Shown: in pieces, positions 28,656 to 38,407 of the stretch
Position numbering within the stretch: the first letter of the stretch is position 1
How the letters are laid out: each line of letters begins with the position of its first letter
DNA from: Spirochaetaceae bacterium
Lineage (GTDB): Bacteria; Spirochaetota; Spirochaetia; DSM-2461
Assembly (NCBI GenBank): GCA_051531975.1
Contig: JAOPTT010000015.1
Coordinates: 1 to 46,207 of the forward strand
DNA: 46,207 nt
Direction: 5' to 3'
Made by a program: the position numbers and the translations under genes
The notes under the pieces: model-generated
Database searches by the model: none
What the model was told of the DNA's origin: nothing
The model's input: the letters and a program-made list of their open reading frames with translations, nothing else

Positions 28656-30524
28656 ATGAGCGATTTAAAAAGAACATTAGGTGCATTAGATGTATTTGCA
28701 ATCTCTACTGGAGCTATGATTAGTTCTGGTCTTTTTGTTTTACCAGCAATTGTTTATTTAAAAACTGGACCGTCTGTTGTTATTTCATATTTGATAGCAG
28801 CTATTATAATATTACCTGCAATGTTTGCTAAGGCCGAATTAACAACAGCTATGCCAAAATCAGGTGGTACTTATTTTTTTATTCAAAGAAGTTTAGGTTC
28901 TAGTGTTGGAACTTTTTCTGGTTTTGCATGTTGGTTATCCCTATCACTAAAAAGTGCCTTCGCATTAGTAGGTATTGGTCTTTTTACGAGCCCTTATATC
29001 TCAACACTCTTTAATATCTCACCACAACTCTCTGTTAAAATTGTCGCAGTATCTTTTACACTATTATTTGGAATTATAAACTGTGTTAGTGTTAAACATA
29101 CAAGTCGATTCCAAGTAGTTTTAGTTCTTGTATTAATTGCTATTCTTTTAGTTTTTATTGCACTTAGTATAAATCAGATAGAGATGGACCGTTTTACACC
29201 TTTTGCTCCAAAGGGATATAAAAATATAATTATGGTCTCTGGTATGATATTTATATCATTTGGTGGATTAACAAAAATAGCTTCTGTTGCTGAAGAGGTT
29301 AAAAACCCTGGTAGAAATGTGCCACTTGGTATGTTTTCATCTTTTATAGTCGTAACTATTTTATACTTAGTTGTGATTTTTACTACTATAGGAATACTTG
29401 ATTCAGATATATTATCATTAAGTGTAACTCCAATTTCATCAGCAGCGAATATCTCTATGGGCAAAGCTGGAATGGTTGCCCTATCAATAGCTGCTATAAT
29501 TGCTTTTATCACTACTGGAAATGCTGGGATATTAGCAGCTAGCCGATACCCTATGGCTATGTCTAAAGATAATTTAATACCATCGATATTTTCAAAGATA
29601 AACTTAAAATTTAAAACTCCAATAATTTCGATAGTAACCACAGTTCTGTTTATGGCTTTAATAATAATATTTTTTGATTTAGAGCATCTTATTAAAGCTG
29701 CTTCAACAATGAAACTAATTCTTTTTGCATTTACATGTTTATCTGTCATTATTATGAGAGAGAGTGGTATTGCTCTATATAGACCAGAGTTTAAATCACC
29801 ACTATATCCAGTAATACAAGTTCTAGGTTTTTTAATATACTTAGCACTTATATTTTCAATGGGTTCTTTTCCAGTAGTGATAGCTGGTTGTGTATTAGTT
29901 TTTTCACTTATCTGGTATCTATTATATACAAAGCGTAGAGATACTAAGGATTCAGCTATTATTCATATAGCAGAGAAGATTTCAAAAGGTAGAATTAAGG
30001 GGGGAGATCTCTCTAAAGAGTTAAAAGAGATTTTAAGGGAAAGAGATGATATTCAGGCAGATAGGTTTGATTCCTTAATTGAAGAGGCTGTTGTTATGGA
30101 TATTAAAGGTTCAATTACAAAAGATGATCTGTTTAAAAAGATTGGCCATGTTTTCTCTAAAAACATGGATGAAAGTGAAGATGAAATTATATCATTACTT
30201 AATGAGAGAGAAGATGAATCGTCTACAATTATTCAAGCTGGACTGGCTATACCACATATTGTTGTGGGAGGTAGTCATAAGTTTGATATTGCAGTTATAA
30301 GGGCAAAAGAAGGTGTTGATTATGGTGATTCATCTAAGGTAAAAATGTTTTTTGCAATTGGTGGTAGTTTAGATGAGAGGAATTTCCATTTACAGGTACT
30401 AATGGCAATTGCTCAGATAGTACAAAATAAAAACTTCAAAGAACAATGGGAAAAAATGAAAACAGTAGATGATTTAAGAAATTTAGTGCTTTTAGCTGAT
30501 AGAGTAAGGAAAGGTCGTATATAA
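28656..30524 (+). CDS. APC-family amino acid permease fused to a C-terminal PTS EIIA (Ntr/Fru-type) domain
   Basis: GAMISSGLF, AEL.TAMPKSGG.Y and AEEVKNP with about 12 TMs. The C-terminus has ERE...ST...GLAIPH. Confidence 0.9.
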   Translation: MSDLKRTLGALDVFAISTGAMISSGLFVLPAIVYLKTGPSVVISYLIAAIIILPAMFAKAELTTAMPKSGGTYFFIQRSLGSSVGTFSGFACWLSLSLKSAFALVGIGLFTSPYISTLFNISPQLSVKIVAVSFTLLFGIINCVSVKHTSRFQVVLVLVLIAILLVFIALSINQIEMDRFTPFAPKGYKNIIMVSGMIFISFGGLTKIASVAEEVKNPGRNVPLGMFSSFIVVTILYLVVIFTTIGILDSDILSLSVTPISSAANISMGKAGMVALSIAAIIAFITTGNAGILAASRYPMAMSKDNLIPSIFSKINLKFKTPIISIVTTVLFMALIIIFFDLEHLIKAASTMKLILFAFTCLSVIIMRESGIALYRPEFKSPLYPVIQVLGFLIYLALIFSMGSFPVVIAGCVLVFSLIWYLLYTKRRDTKDSAIIHIAEKISKGRIKGGDLSKELKEILRERDDIQADRFDSLIEEAVVMDIKGSITKDDLFKKIGHVFSKNMDESEDEIISLLNEREDESSTIIQAGLAIPHIVVGGSHKFDIAVIRAKEGVDYGDSSKVKMFFAIGGSLDERNFHLQVLMAIAQIVQNKNFKEQWEKMKTVDDLRNLVLLADRVRKGRI

Positions 30525-30573
30525 ACATAGTATTACATATTGAAGATTTAACATTAATTATGTATAAGTTGGT

Positions 30574-31023
30574 ATGTATGTAGAATATTTTAATATAATT
30601 AAGAATGGTGCTCCTGGAAGCTCCATATTTATTACAATTGTTTTTCTGTTATTGGTATCAGTATTACTTTTTATCAGATTTAAAAATTCAAAAAAAAGTT
30701 TAGCAAAAGCAATCCCTTTTTTTACTATTTTTGGTTTAGTGGCGTTTGGTGCCTTAAATAGAAATTCAACTGCCAATTATAGAGAACTCAAACAAGTTTT
30801 AATTAATAAAGAACATAGCATGACACAGGGTATTGTTACAGATTATATCCAATTAAATGTTGATAGTGGTACTCCTGAATCTTTTACAATAGACGATATT
30901 AATTTTGCTTTTACGAATACAGATAGCGGTGCATTTAATGAAAGTGGTGTATTATATCAAGGAATTGATGTTCGAATATTCCATTATAATGGATATATCT
31001 TAAGTTTATGGATTAAAGAGTAA
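30574..31023 (+). CDS. Hypothetical membrane protein (2 TM plus a small beta-rich domain)
   Basis: 149-aa ORF with a promoter-like TTGAAG-17-TATAAG directly upstream. Confidence 0.65.
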   Translation: MYVEYFNIIKNGAPGSSIFITIVFLLLVSVLLFIRFKNSKKSLAKAIPFFTIFGLVAFGALNRNSTANYRELKQVLINKEHSMTQGIVTDYIQLNVDSGTPESFTIDDINFAFTNTDSGAFNESGVLYQGIDVRIFHYNGYILSLWIKE

Positions 31024-31026
31024 TAG

Positions 31027-31782
31027 ATGAAAATCTTAATTTCTCCCACAAAAAAACAGGTCATTAATTGTACGAACAATTCTGAAAATTATCCTTTTTT
31101 TATTGATAGTTCTACTGAACTGATAACACAATTGAGAAATTTAGATATAGAGGGTACTCAGAAACTTCTTAGAATAAGTGATGTTTTAGCTATAGAAAAC
31201 TGGGAGAGATTAACAACATGGAATGCTAAACCAGTCAATAAAAGAGGTTCTACAGCGCTTTTCACATTTATAGGAGAAGCATTTAACTATCTTGAAGCAG
31301 CTAGTTTTTCTAATAACGACTTAGATTATGCAAATAAAAACTTGCTAATATTTAGTGGCTTATATGGGTTAATAAAACCATTAGATATTATCATGCCTTA
31401 TAGATTAGATATTAAAGACCCTCTAAAAGTAAATTCCTGTAAATCTTTATATGAATATTGGTCAGAAAAACTTACTTGCTATTTAAAAAATGAAATTATT
31501 AAAGACGAGTGTAATCTGTTAATTGATTTAAGTTCAAAAGAATATTCTAAATCTATTAAATTTGCACAATTACCTATACAGACAATTGTTCCCGATTTTA
31601 AGACAGAGGTTAATGGAAAATTAAAAACTGTTGCTATTTGGTCAAAAAGAATGAGGGGTCTACTAGCAAAAGAAATTATTAAATATAAAATAAAAACTGA
31701 AGTAGAGTTACAGGATCTAACATTCCAGGATTATAAACTTGAAGAAATATCAAAAGGTAAGTACCTTTATATAAATAGATAG
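31027..31782 (+). CDS. yaaA: YaaA-family (DUF328) peroxide stress protein
   Basis: MKILISPTKK, SGLYGLIKPLD.I.PYRL, LSSKEYSK and SKRMRG. Confidence 0.92.
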   Translation: MKILISPTKKQVINCTNNSENYPFFIDSSTELITQLRNLDIEGTQKLLRISDVLAIENWERLTTWNAKPVNKRGSTALFTFIGEAFNYLEAASFSNNDLDYANKNLLIFSGLYGLIKPLDIIMPYRLDIKDPLKVNSCKSLYEYWSEKLTCYLKNEIIKDECNLLIDLSSKEYSKSIKFAQLPIQTIVPDFKTEVNGKLKTVAIWSKRMRGLLAKEIIKYKIKTEVELQDLTFQDYKLEEISKGKYLYINR

Positions 31783-31835
31783 AAGTTTTTACAATTTGCA
31801 AAAAATGTTCTTAATTTAAAATAGGAGAATAAAAA

Positions 31836-32186
31836 ATGAAAATATGGAAATATAACAGATGTGGTAGCTGTAGAAAGGCTATTAAATATTTAGATGAAAA
31901 CAGTATATTATATACCCCGTTAGAAATGCTTGATAATCCTCCAAATGTAGAAGAATTAACAAAAATGTTAGGGTTATTAGATGGTAATATAAAAAAACTA
32001 TTTAATACTTCCGGTGTAAGTTACCGTGAGGGAAACTATAAAGAGGTTATTAAAACTAAATCCGAATCTGAATTGTTAGAATTATTAGCATCAAATGGAG
32101 CACTAATTAAAAGACCATTTATTTTAGGTGATACAAAAGGAACCGTAGGTTTTAAAGAAGATATTTGGGATACACTATTTAAATAG
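31836..32186 (+). CDS. ArsC/Spx/MgsR-family protein
   Basis: CGSCRKA, LFNTSG.SYRE, LIKRPF and VGF motifs. AGGAG SD. Confidence 0.92.
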   Translation: MKIWKYNRCGSCRKAIKYLDENSILYTPLEMLDNPPNVEELTKMLGLLDGNIKKLFNTSGVSYREGNYKEVIKTKSESELLELLASNGALIKRPFILGDTKGTVGFKEDIWDTLFK

Positions 32187-32200
32187 TATATCCCAATACT

Positions 32201-33820
32201 TTAACTCTCTTTTTTAGATTCGTAATAATTATAGTCACCTTCGTAAGTATGTAGTTTCCCATGGTCTACTTCAAATACTCTTGTAACAAAGTGTCTTAAA
32301 AAGTATCTATCATGGCTAACTATCATTACAGTTCCTTTAAATTCTGTTAGCGCGTTTAGTAGTACTTCACGGCTTGCAATATCTAAGTGATTTGTAGGCT
32401 CATCTAAAATAATGAAATTATAAGGCTGAGAAAGAAGGCAAGCTAACATAACTCTACTTTTTTCTCCACCAGATAAGATAGAAATTGGCTTATCAATATC
32501 GTCACCACTAAATAAAAATGAACCTAGTAGATTTTTAATATAACCAACAGTTTCTTTTGGTAACATTGATGCAACTTCATCGTAAACTGTATTTTCAGGT
32601 TTTAACATATCCGAGGAGTACTGACTAAAATATCCAATTTCTGTACTTGGACCAACTAGTGCGTTTCCTGTTGTTGGGTCTGTTAAACCAGTGATTATTT
32701 TAAGAAGTGTAGATTTACCAGCTCCATTAATTCCGGTTACTGCTATTTTATCTAATCTATTCACAGTACCAGTAATTCCACTAAACACTGGATGTATATT
32801 ACCATCTTTAAGTGGAAATTCTTTTGCTAAATCTTCAAGAGCAACTACAATATCACCTCCTCTTTTAATTTCTGGGAGGGTAAATTTCATAACTTTAGGA
32901 ATTGGTGGAATTATAATTCTATCTATTTTTTCAATTGTTTTAACCCTAGACTGTACCTGGGCTGCATGGGATGCCCTAGCTGCAAACCTAGCAATAAACT
33001 CTTCTTCTTTAGCTAACATCGCATCTTGCTTTCTTTTAGAGGCAATTAGTTGATCACGTCTTAATACTCGTTCAGCCATATAAAAGTCGTAGTCACCAGA
33101 GTAGAGTGTTATACTTCCTGGAGCAACTTCTAATGTTCTATTACATAACCTAGTCATAAACTCTCTATCATGACTTGTCATTAAAACAGAGCCTTTAAAA
33201 TTTTTAAGCCACTCTTCTAACCAAATAATAGTTTCAATGTCTAGATGATTTGTTGGCTCATCTATTAATAATAAATCTGGATTTAAAAGAAGAATTTTCG
33301 CTAATGCAATTCTCATTTTCCATCCACCTGAAAATGATTCAACAGGTTCGTCCCATCTAGATTCACCAATACCTAAACCAGTTAAAATCGTCTGAGCATT
33401 TGTTTCTAATTCATATCCACCTATATCTTGATATTCATGTTGAACTTTACCATACAAGTCCATTACCTTATCCATTTCGTCTGGTGTAAGGTTTGGATCG
33501 CACATTTGATGTTCGATATCTGTTAATTGCAGACCTAATTCAAATGCTTTTCCAGCACCAAATTGTGCTTCTTCAAGAGCTGTACGGCCACTCATTTCAC
33601 CTACATCTTGTGAGAAATAACCTATAACAAAATTAGATGGAATCGTAACAGTTCCATCATCGGCTTTTTCTTCGCCAGATAATATTCTAAAAAGAGAAGT
33701 TTTTCCTGAACCATTTGGTCCTACTAAACCTATTTTATCTTGGGGTCTAATTATAAAACTTCCATTTTTGTAGAGGTTTCTACCACCGTAACTTAAAGCA
33801 ATATTCGATACATTTACCAT
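32201..33820 (-). CDS. ABC-F family ATPase (ribosome-associated)
   Basis: Two ABC cassettes (GPNGSGKT/FSGGWKMR/DEPTNHLD and GINGAGKST/LSGGEK/DEPTNHLD), with no TM segments. Confidence 0.95.
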   Translation of the reverse strand: MVNVSNIALSYGGRNLYKNGSFIIRPQDKIGLVGPNGSGKTSLFRILSGEEKADDGTVTIPSNFVIGYFSQDVGEMSGRTALEEAQFGAGKAFELGLQLTDIEHQMCDPNLTPDEMDKVMDLYGKVQHEYQDIGGYELETNAQTILTGLGIGESRWDEPVESFSGGWKMRIALAKILLLNPDLLLIDEPTNHLDIETIIWLEEWLKNFKGSVLMTSHDREFMTRLCNRTLEVAPGSITLYSGDYDFYMAERVLRRDQLIASKRKQDAMLAKEEEFIARFAARASHAAQVQSRVKTIEKIDRIIIPPIPKVMKFTLPEIKRGGDIVVALEDLAKEFPLKDGNIHPVFSGITGTVNRLDKIAVTGINGAGKSTLLKIITGLTDPTTGNALVGPSTEIGYFSQYSSDMLKPENTVYDEVASMLPKETVGYIKNLLGSFLFSGDDIDKPISILSGGEKSRVMLACLLSQPYNFIILDEPTNHLDIASREVLLNALTEFKGTVMIVSHDRYFLRHFVTRVFEVDHGKLHTYEGDYNYYESKKES

Positions 33821-33858
33821 GGAAATAAATCTATATTATTAAAGTATTTACATCAATA

Positions 33859-34725
33859 CTAATTTGATATTTGTACGTTTAATAACATATTAGTTTTGTT
33901 ATCATCTGTATAAGTATAACTAACTACTTTCCCTGATATGTCAATATTTGATCCGGCTTGAAAACTATAATCTGAAGGTTCAGTATCAGATCTAGAACTA
34001 TTGGTATAAAGATTAATTTTAATATTATCTAAAGGAAGTTCTAAGTCTATAATATTATATTCATCCCATCGATATTTACCAGTACCCTCTATATAACTGA
34101 TTGACATAAGATTATAATATGATAGATCTTTTTTTGTAAAATTCTGTTTTTGGATGACACCATTAAAATTAAAATATTTATTACTAATTTCAAGAAAATC
34201 AGTGAAGTTGATTTCAGAAAAATTATTTAATATTGGATATTCCCAATCTGACTCTACATTTTTTAACATAGCATAATCTCTAAAATCATCTATTGAATTA
34301 TCTATGCCATCAATTTCTGATGGATTTGATCTTTCAAAATCTAGATAATTTAATTCATTATTGGTCATGAATAAGTAGGGTATCACGGAAGCATCAGCAA
34401 ACTCAAAAAAAACAAGCTTAATAGGAACATCCTTGCTGCTATATTCATATATCCATGTTGGTTTGTTATCTGAATTATAAAAATATCTAAAATAATTAAA
34501 AATATCAAAGTTTTTTAATTCTAACGGTTTAATCGTAATATTCCCATTTTTATTTAAATACCAAAGTTCTAATTTACGTTTACTAATTAATTTACATCCA
34601 TAAAAAAGTTCTTCAATGTGGGAATCAACTGCTACATAATTTCCAAGATAATTTTCAATTATATCAGATTTACCTCCACAACTTAACATTATAATAAATA
34701 CTATAAATATAATTATTTTTTTCAT
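33859..34725 (-). CDS. Hypothetical lipoprotein
   Basis: MKKIIIFIVFIIMLSC lipoprotein signal when started at ATG 34725 (track start is 34740). Confidence 0.7.
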   Translation of the reverse strand: MKKIIIFIVFIIMLSCGGKSDIIENYLGNYVAVDSHIEELFYGCKLISKRKLELWYLNKNGNITIKPLELKNFDIFNYFRYFYNSDNKPTWIYEYSSKDVPIKLVFFEFADASVIPYLFMTNNELNYLDFERSNPSEIDGIDNSIDDFRDYAMLKNVESDWEYPILNNFSEINFTDFLEISNKYFNFNGVIQKQNFTKKDLSYYNLMSISYIEGTGKYRWDEYNIIDLELPLDNIKINLYTNSSRSDTEPSDYSFQAGSNIDISGKVVSYTYTDDNKTNMLLNVQISN

Positions 34726-34809
34726 ACTAAAAAATATCATAATTAATTACTTTGTAAAACTAGAGAAAATGTCTTTTCAATATTTTAACAAATGAGTATA
34801 AATTAAATA

Positions 34810-35715
34810 GTGAAAAAATTATATAAAATAATTCCAACTACTTTTATCATGATTTTGTTTGTGTTTTTACTCTCATCCATTCCTGATTTTATATCTGTAA
34901 GGCAGGGAGAGTTATATTTTGATTTTGTACAACCTATAAAACAGATCACAGGTTATTTTGAAACATTAAAAAACGGCGAAATTTTTAATTATCAAATTGG
35001 ACATAGTAAAAGATCTTTTTTGCGTGTTTTCCCCAACTATTTTAAAACATCATTTTTTTATCTGATTATTTCACTTTTAATAAGTTTAATTATAGGTGTA
35101 ACGAGTGGACTAATTTTATCAGGCAATAAATCTGTCCGTATAAGAAATACACTTAGTTTAATTGGACACATCCCGGACTTCATACTAATATTATTACTTC
35201 AATTAGCTGTAATATCCTTTAATAATTTTATAAATGTAAAACTGTTTAGAATTGCAAGTGCTGGAGATAATTATGCACTGTTATTACCTTTCTTTACTCT
35301 ATCTTTATATCCTGCGATATATTTAATGAGAATTATATCTATACAAACATATTTTATAAGAGGTACAAATTATATTTTATACGCAAAAGCTAAAGGTCTT
35401 ACAAAAAATGTCATATTTTATAGACATATCTTACCTGGAGTTATCCCTGTCGTATTAGCAGAAATACCTAGATTAACGAGTCTGTTGTTAACCAACCTAT
35501 TCATTGCCGAAAGGTTATATAATATACCTGGAGTTACCAGATTTCTTTTTTATATTTTAGGACAGAATAGTAAACCATCCAGCTATGAATATCAGTTTTT
35601 TCAAGGCCATGTTGTAGTTAATACTCTCTTTGGATTCTTATTACTTTATATGCTATGTTATTTGACATTATTAATAATCATAAAAATATTTAAAAAGGTT
35701 AACTATAATGATTAG
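34810..35715 (+). CDS. ABC transporter permease, OppB/DppB-like
   Basis: IPDF, EAA-like loop YILYAKAKGL...HIL, and AERLYNIPG. Confidence 0.85.
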   Translation: MKKLYKIIPTTFIMILFVFLLSSIPDFISVRQGELYFDFVQPIKQITGYFETLKNGEIFNYQIGHSKRSFLRVFPNYFKTSFFYLIISLLISLIIGVTSGLILSGNKSVRIRNTLSLIGHIPDFILILLLQLAVISFNNFINVKLFRIASAGDNYALLLPFFTLSLYPAIYLMRIISIQTYFIRGTNYILYAKAKGLTKNVIFYRHILPGVIPVVLAEIPRLTSLLLTNLFIAERLYNIPGVTRFLFYILGQNSKPSSYEYQFFQGHVVVNTLFGFLLLYMLCYLTLLIIIKIFKKVNYND

Positions 35716-36586
35716 ACTTCGTATCTCTATAGGACTGTTTTCAATTTTACTCTTCATCGCTATTTTTGGACCCCAATTAGCTCCATATTCTATAAATTAT
35801 CAAGAAAATTTACGAATTAAAACTATAGATGACAAGGAAGTTTATTTATATAGTCCACATAAACCAGATACAGAACATGTCTGGGGTACAAATAATTGGG
35901 GTTACGATCTGTTAACAATTATTTTAACAGGTATTAGATATACCTTTATTATAGCATTAGCAGGGACAATTATTAGATTTCTTTTTGGTTTAGTTTTAGG
36001 TACTACATTAAGTATTAAAAAAGATATACCTCAAATTGATATTACAGCTTTTGGATCAATTCCTATATTTATTTTAGCTTACTTTTTTTTGTTTAGAATT
36101 TCTATGGTACCTTCTTTGTCAATTAATACTCTGCTAACTGTTCAAATACTCACAATTGCTCTCTTAGGAGTTCCATCAACAGTTACATCAATAAAAAAGC
36201 AGACTACTATAATATTAAATGAAGGTTTTATAGAAGCAGCATATTCCTGTGGAGCTAGTAAAAGAAGAATTATTTTTAAACATGTCTTACCATTATTATA
36301 TGAAAAGTTAATGATTCTATTTTTAACAGAGATGATAAGTATATTAAATATAGTTGGTCAGTTTGGTATTTTTAATCTATTTATGGGGGGTACAGAAATT
36401 TCAAAAGACCCTTCAATGTACCACTCAAGGTCTAATGAATTAGCAGGTCTAATAGGGCAGTGGAGAAGTAACATACATAATTCCCAGTGGCTTCTTTTAT
36501 ATCCTTTAGCAGTTTACCTAATTATACTGTTTATTTTTCATTTTCTACTCTCAAGCATGGAAAATTACATTAGACATAAAAAATAG
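35708..36586 (+). CDS. ABC transporter permease, OppC/DppC-like
   Basis: GPQLAPY, H.WGTNNWGYDLL and FIEAAYSCGAS..RIIFKHVLP. Confidence 0.87.
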   Translation: MIRLRISIGLFSILLFIAIFGPQLAPYSINYQENLRIKTIDDKEVYLYSPHKPDTEHVWGTNNWGYDLLTIILTGIRYTFIIALAGTIIRFLFGLVLGTTLSIKKDIPQIDITAFGSIPIFILAYFFLFRISMVPSLSINTLLTVQILTIALLGVPSTVTSIKKQTTIILNEGFIEAAYSCGASKRRIIFKHVLPLLYEKLMILFLTEMISILNIVGQFGIFNLFMGGTEISKDPSMYHSRSNELAGLIGQWRSNIHNSQWLLLYPLAVYLIILFIFHFLLSSMENYIRHKK

Positions 36587-36597
36587 GCCATATAGAT

Positions 36598-36626
36598 TTG
36601 ACCCGTATCTCAGATTAAATTATAAT
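36598..36626 (+). promoter_or_regulatory. Near-consensus sigma70 promoter
   Basis: TTGACC, 17 nt, TATAAT. AAAGGAG SD before ATG 36679. Confidence 0.8.
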
Positions 36627-36678
36627 GAAGTAAAGGTTTTGTTATTATAAGTTGTTATAATAATTAAAGGAGAATATC

Positions 36679-37662
36679 ATGAAAAAAATAAGTATAGTTA
36701 TATTGATGAGTATTTTATCATTTAATGTTCTATTTTCATTAGATTTAAGTCTTGATGGTTTAGAAACTCAGTTTGAATCATTAAGTGACAGTTTAGGTAG
36801 TGCAGTTACTTCAAACGCAACAACTGGTCTCACTTGGTCTGATTCAAATCTTGAGAGTTTCCCTCATTTTGGTGCTGGAATTTTTACTGGAGCAGCAATT
36901 ATACCTCTAGATGGATTTGATGATCTAATTGAATTATTAACTCCAGGGGTTTCATTACCTGATGCAGTTAGTAGTATTGGAGGACTTCTACTACCAGTAT
37001 TTGGAATTGATGCAAGAATTGGTGGATTTGTAATTCCTTTCGATGTTGGTATTAAGTATGGTGTAGTTAATGCATTTGAATTAGATGTAGTAACGTTTGA
37101 TTATCAACTAATCGGTGCAGATTTTAGATATGCACTTCTAAAAGAAAACTTGGTTCTTCCAGGAATATCAGTTGGTGTAGGTGTAAATAGATTAACTACA
37201 GATATTTCTATTTCTGGTCTAATAGATGATCAAGAAATAAAGGATGGATCAACTACATTATTAACAATGAAGAGTCCTGATTTAAATTTTGGATGGGAAG
37301 CTACAGTAATTGAATTAAAAGCTCAGGTTAGTAAAAAAATATTATTCATTACACCTTATCTTGGAGTTAATGCGGCCTATGGTATGACTACTATTGGTGG
37401 TGGATTATCTACAGAGGTACTCGACCAAAATGGAGATACTATCACTCAATCTGAAATAGATTCACTATTAGAAACTGCAGGTTTACCTAGTATGACTATT
37501 ACTGGTTTTGATACAACAACAGATTCAACAAGTTGGGGTGCAAAAGTTACAGGTGGTTTAAGTTTTGATATACTATTTGTAGCTAAGCTTGATATAAGTG
37601 TAAATTACGACTTGATTGCTAAAGTTTACGGTGGGCAATTAGGATTTAGATTACAACTTTAA
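36679..37662 (+). CDS. Exported protein, probable outer-membrane beta-barrel (DUF6588-like)
   Basis: Signal peptide, many alternating Gly/hydrophobic strands, and a C-terminal GGQLGFRLQL resembling a beta-signal. The family name is tentative. Confidence 0.65.
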   Translation: MKKISIVILMSILSFNVLFSLDLSLDGLETQFESLSDSLGSAVTSNATTGLTWSDSNLESFPHFGAGIFTGAAIIPLDGFDDLIELLTPGVSLPDAVSSIGGLLLPVFGIDARIGGFVIPFDVGIKYGVVNAFELDVVTFDYQLIGADFRYALLKENLVLPGISVGVGVNRLTTDISISGLIDDQEIKDGSTTLLTMKSPDLNFGWEATVIELKAQVSKKILFITPYLGVNAAYGMTTIGGGLSTEVLDQNGDTITQSEIDSLLETAGLPSMTITGFDTTTDSTSWGAKVTGGLSFDILFVAKLDISVNYDLIAKVYGGQLGFRLQL

Positions 37663-37669
37663 TAATTTA

Positions 37670-37706
37670 CTCTTTATTAGAATCTTTAATCGGTTCTAAT
37701 AAAGAG
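37670..37706. terminator. Long stem-loop after the barrel gene
   Basis: CTCTTTATTAGAATC / GGTTCTAATAAAGAG, a 15-bp stem with one G-U pair. Confidence 0.75.
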
Positions 37707-37948
37707 ATTTAAAAATATAATATCCGTTTTGATAAACATGAAATCCTAAATAAATCTAATATAAAAAAATAAGTTAATTACAATACTTTAGTTGTTTGAT
37801 ATAATTAATTCTGGAGTAAATGATTATAATTAGCTAAATTAGTAATGTGTATAAAAATCTGATTATTATATAAGAAAAAACTCCAACGTTTATTGTCAAA
37901 CTTTTAGTAGTATTAAATAATTATATATAAGTGAATGTAGGAGAACTA

Positions 37949-38407
37949 ATGTTAAAAAGAAAAATAATTTTTATACTTTTAGCTCTATTTTTGTCAATAA
38001 CCTTTGGTTTTAGTCAAGATATGATGAGTGTAACAGTTAAAGTGACCCAAGTGAGAACGTCACCATCTTTTTTAGGAAAAATTCTGTTTAAATTAAATTA
38101 TACTGATAGAGTTCAAATTATTAAAAAAAGATCTGGGTGGGCATTAGTTGAATTTTCTGGGCAAAGCAAACAAGGTTGGATGAGTTTGTCAGCACTTACT
38201 GAAAAAAAGTTAGTGCTTAACTCAAATGCATCTGATATTGATGCAAATGCCACAGGTAGTGAGGTTTCACTTGCAGGTAAAGGTTTTAATAGTCAGGTTG
38301 AAAACGAATATAGAAGTTTAAATGATATCGATTATTCATGGGTTGATATTATGGAAACATATAATTATGAGGCCAGCGAACTTGTACTATTTATCGAGGA
38401 ACTTTAA
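37949..38407 (+). CDS. Exported SH3-domain protein
   Basis: AGGAG SD before ATG 37949, signal peptide, VRTSPSF.GK...GWALV...QGWM (SH3b), and C-terminal LAGKGFN..VE. Confidence 0.85.
   Translation: MLKRKIIFILLALFLSITFGFSQDMMSVTVKVTQVRTSPSFLGKILFKLNYTDRVQIIKKRSGWALVEFSGQSKQGWMSLSALTEKKLVLNSNASDIDANATGSEVSLAGKGFNSQVENEYRSLNDIDYSWVDIMETYNYEASELVLFIEEL

Noticed and set aside
29174..29749. 191-aa minus-strand ORF, and the other short nested track ORFs (e.g. 1677, 2224, 4148, 11574, 12726, 22450, 26932, 30558, 32691, 40549, 43648)
   Set aside because: All lie inside or opposite well-supported genes and have the composition typical of shadow frames.
32201..33820. ABC-F as the ATPase for the nearby permeases, or as an antibiotic resistance gene
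   Set aside because: ABC-F proteins act on the ribosome, and nothing visible distinguishes this one from housekeeping ABC-Fs.
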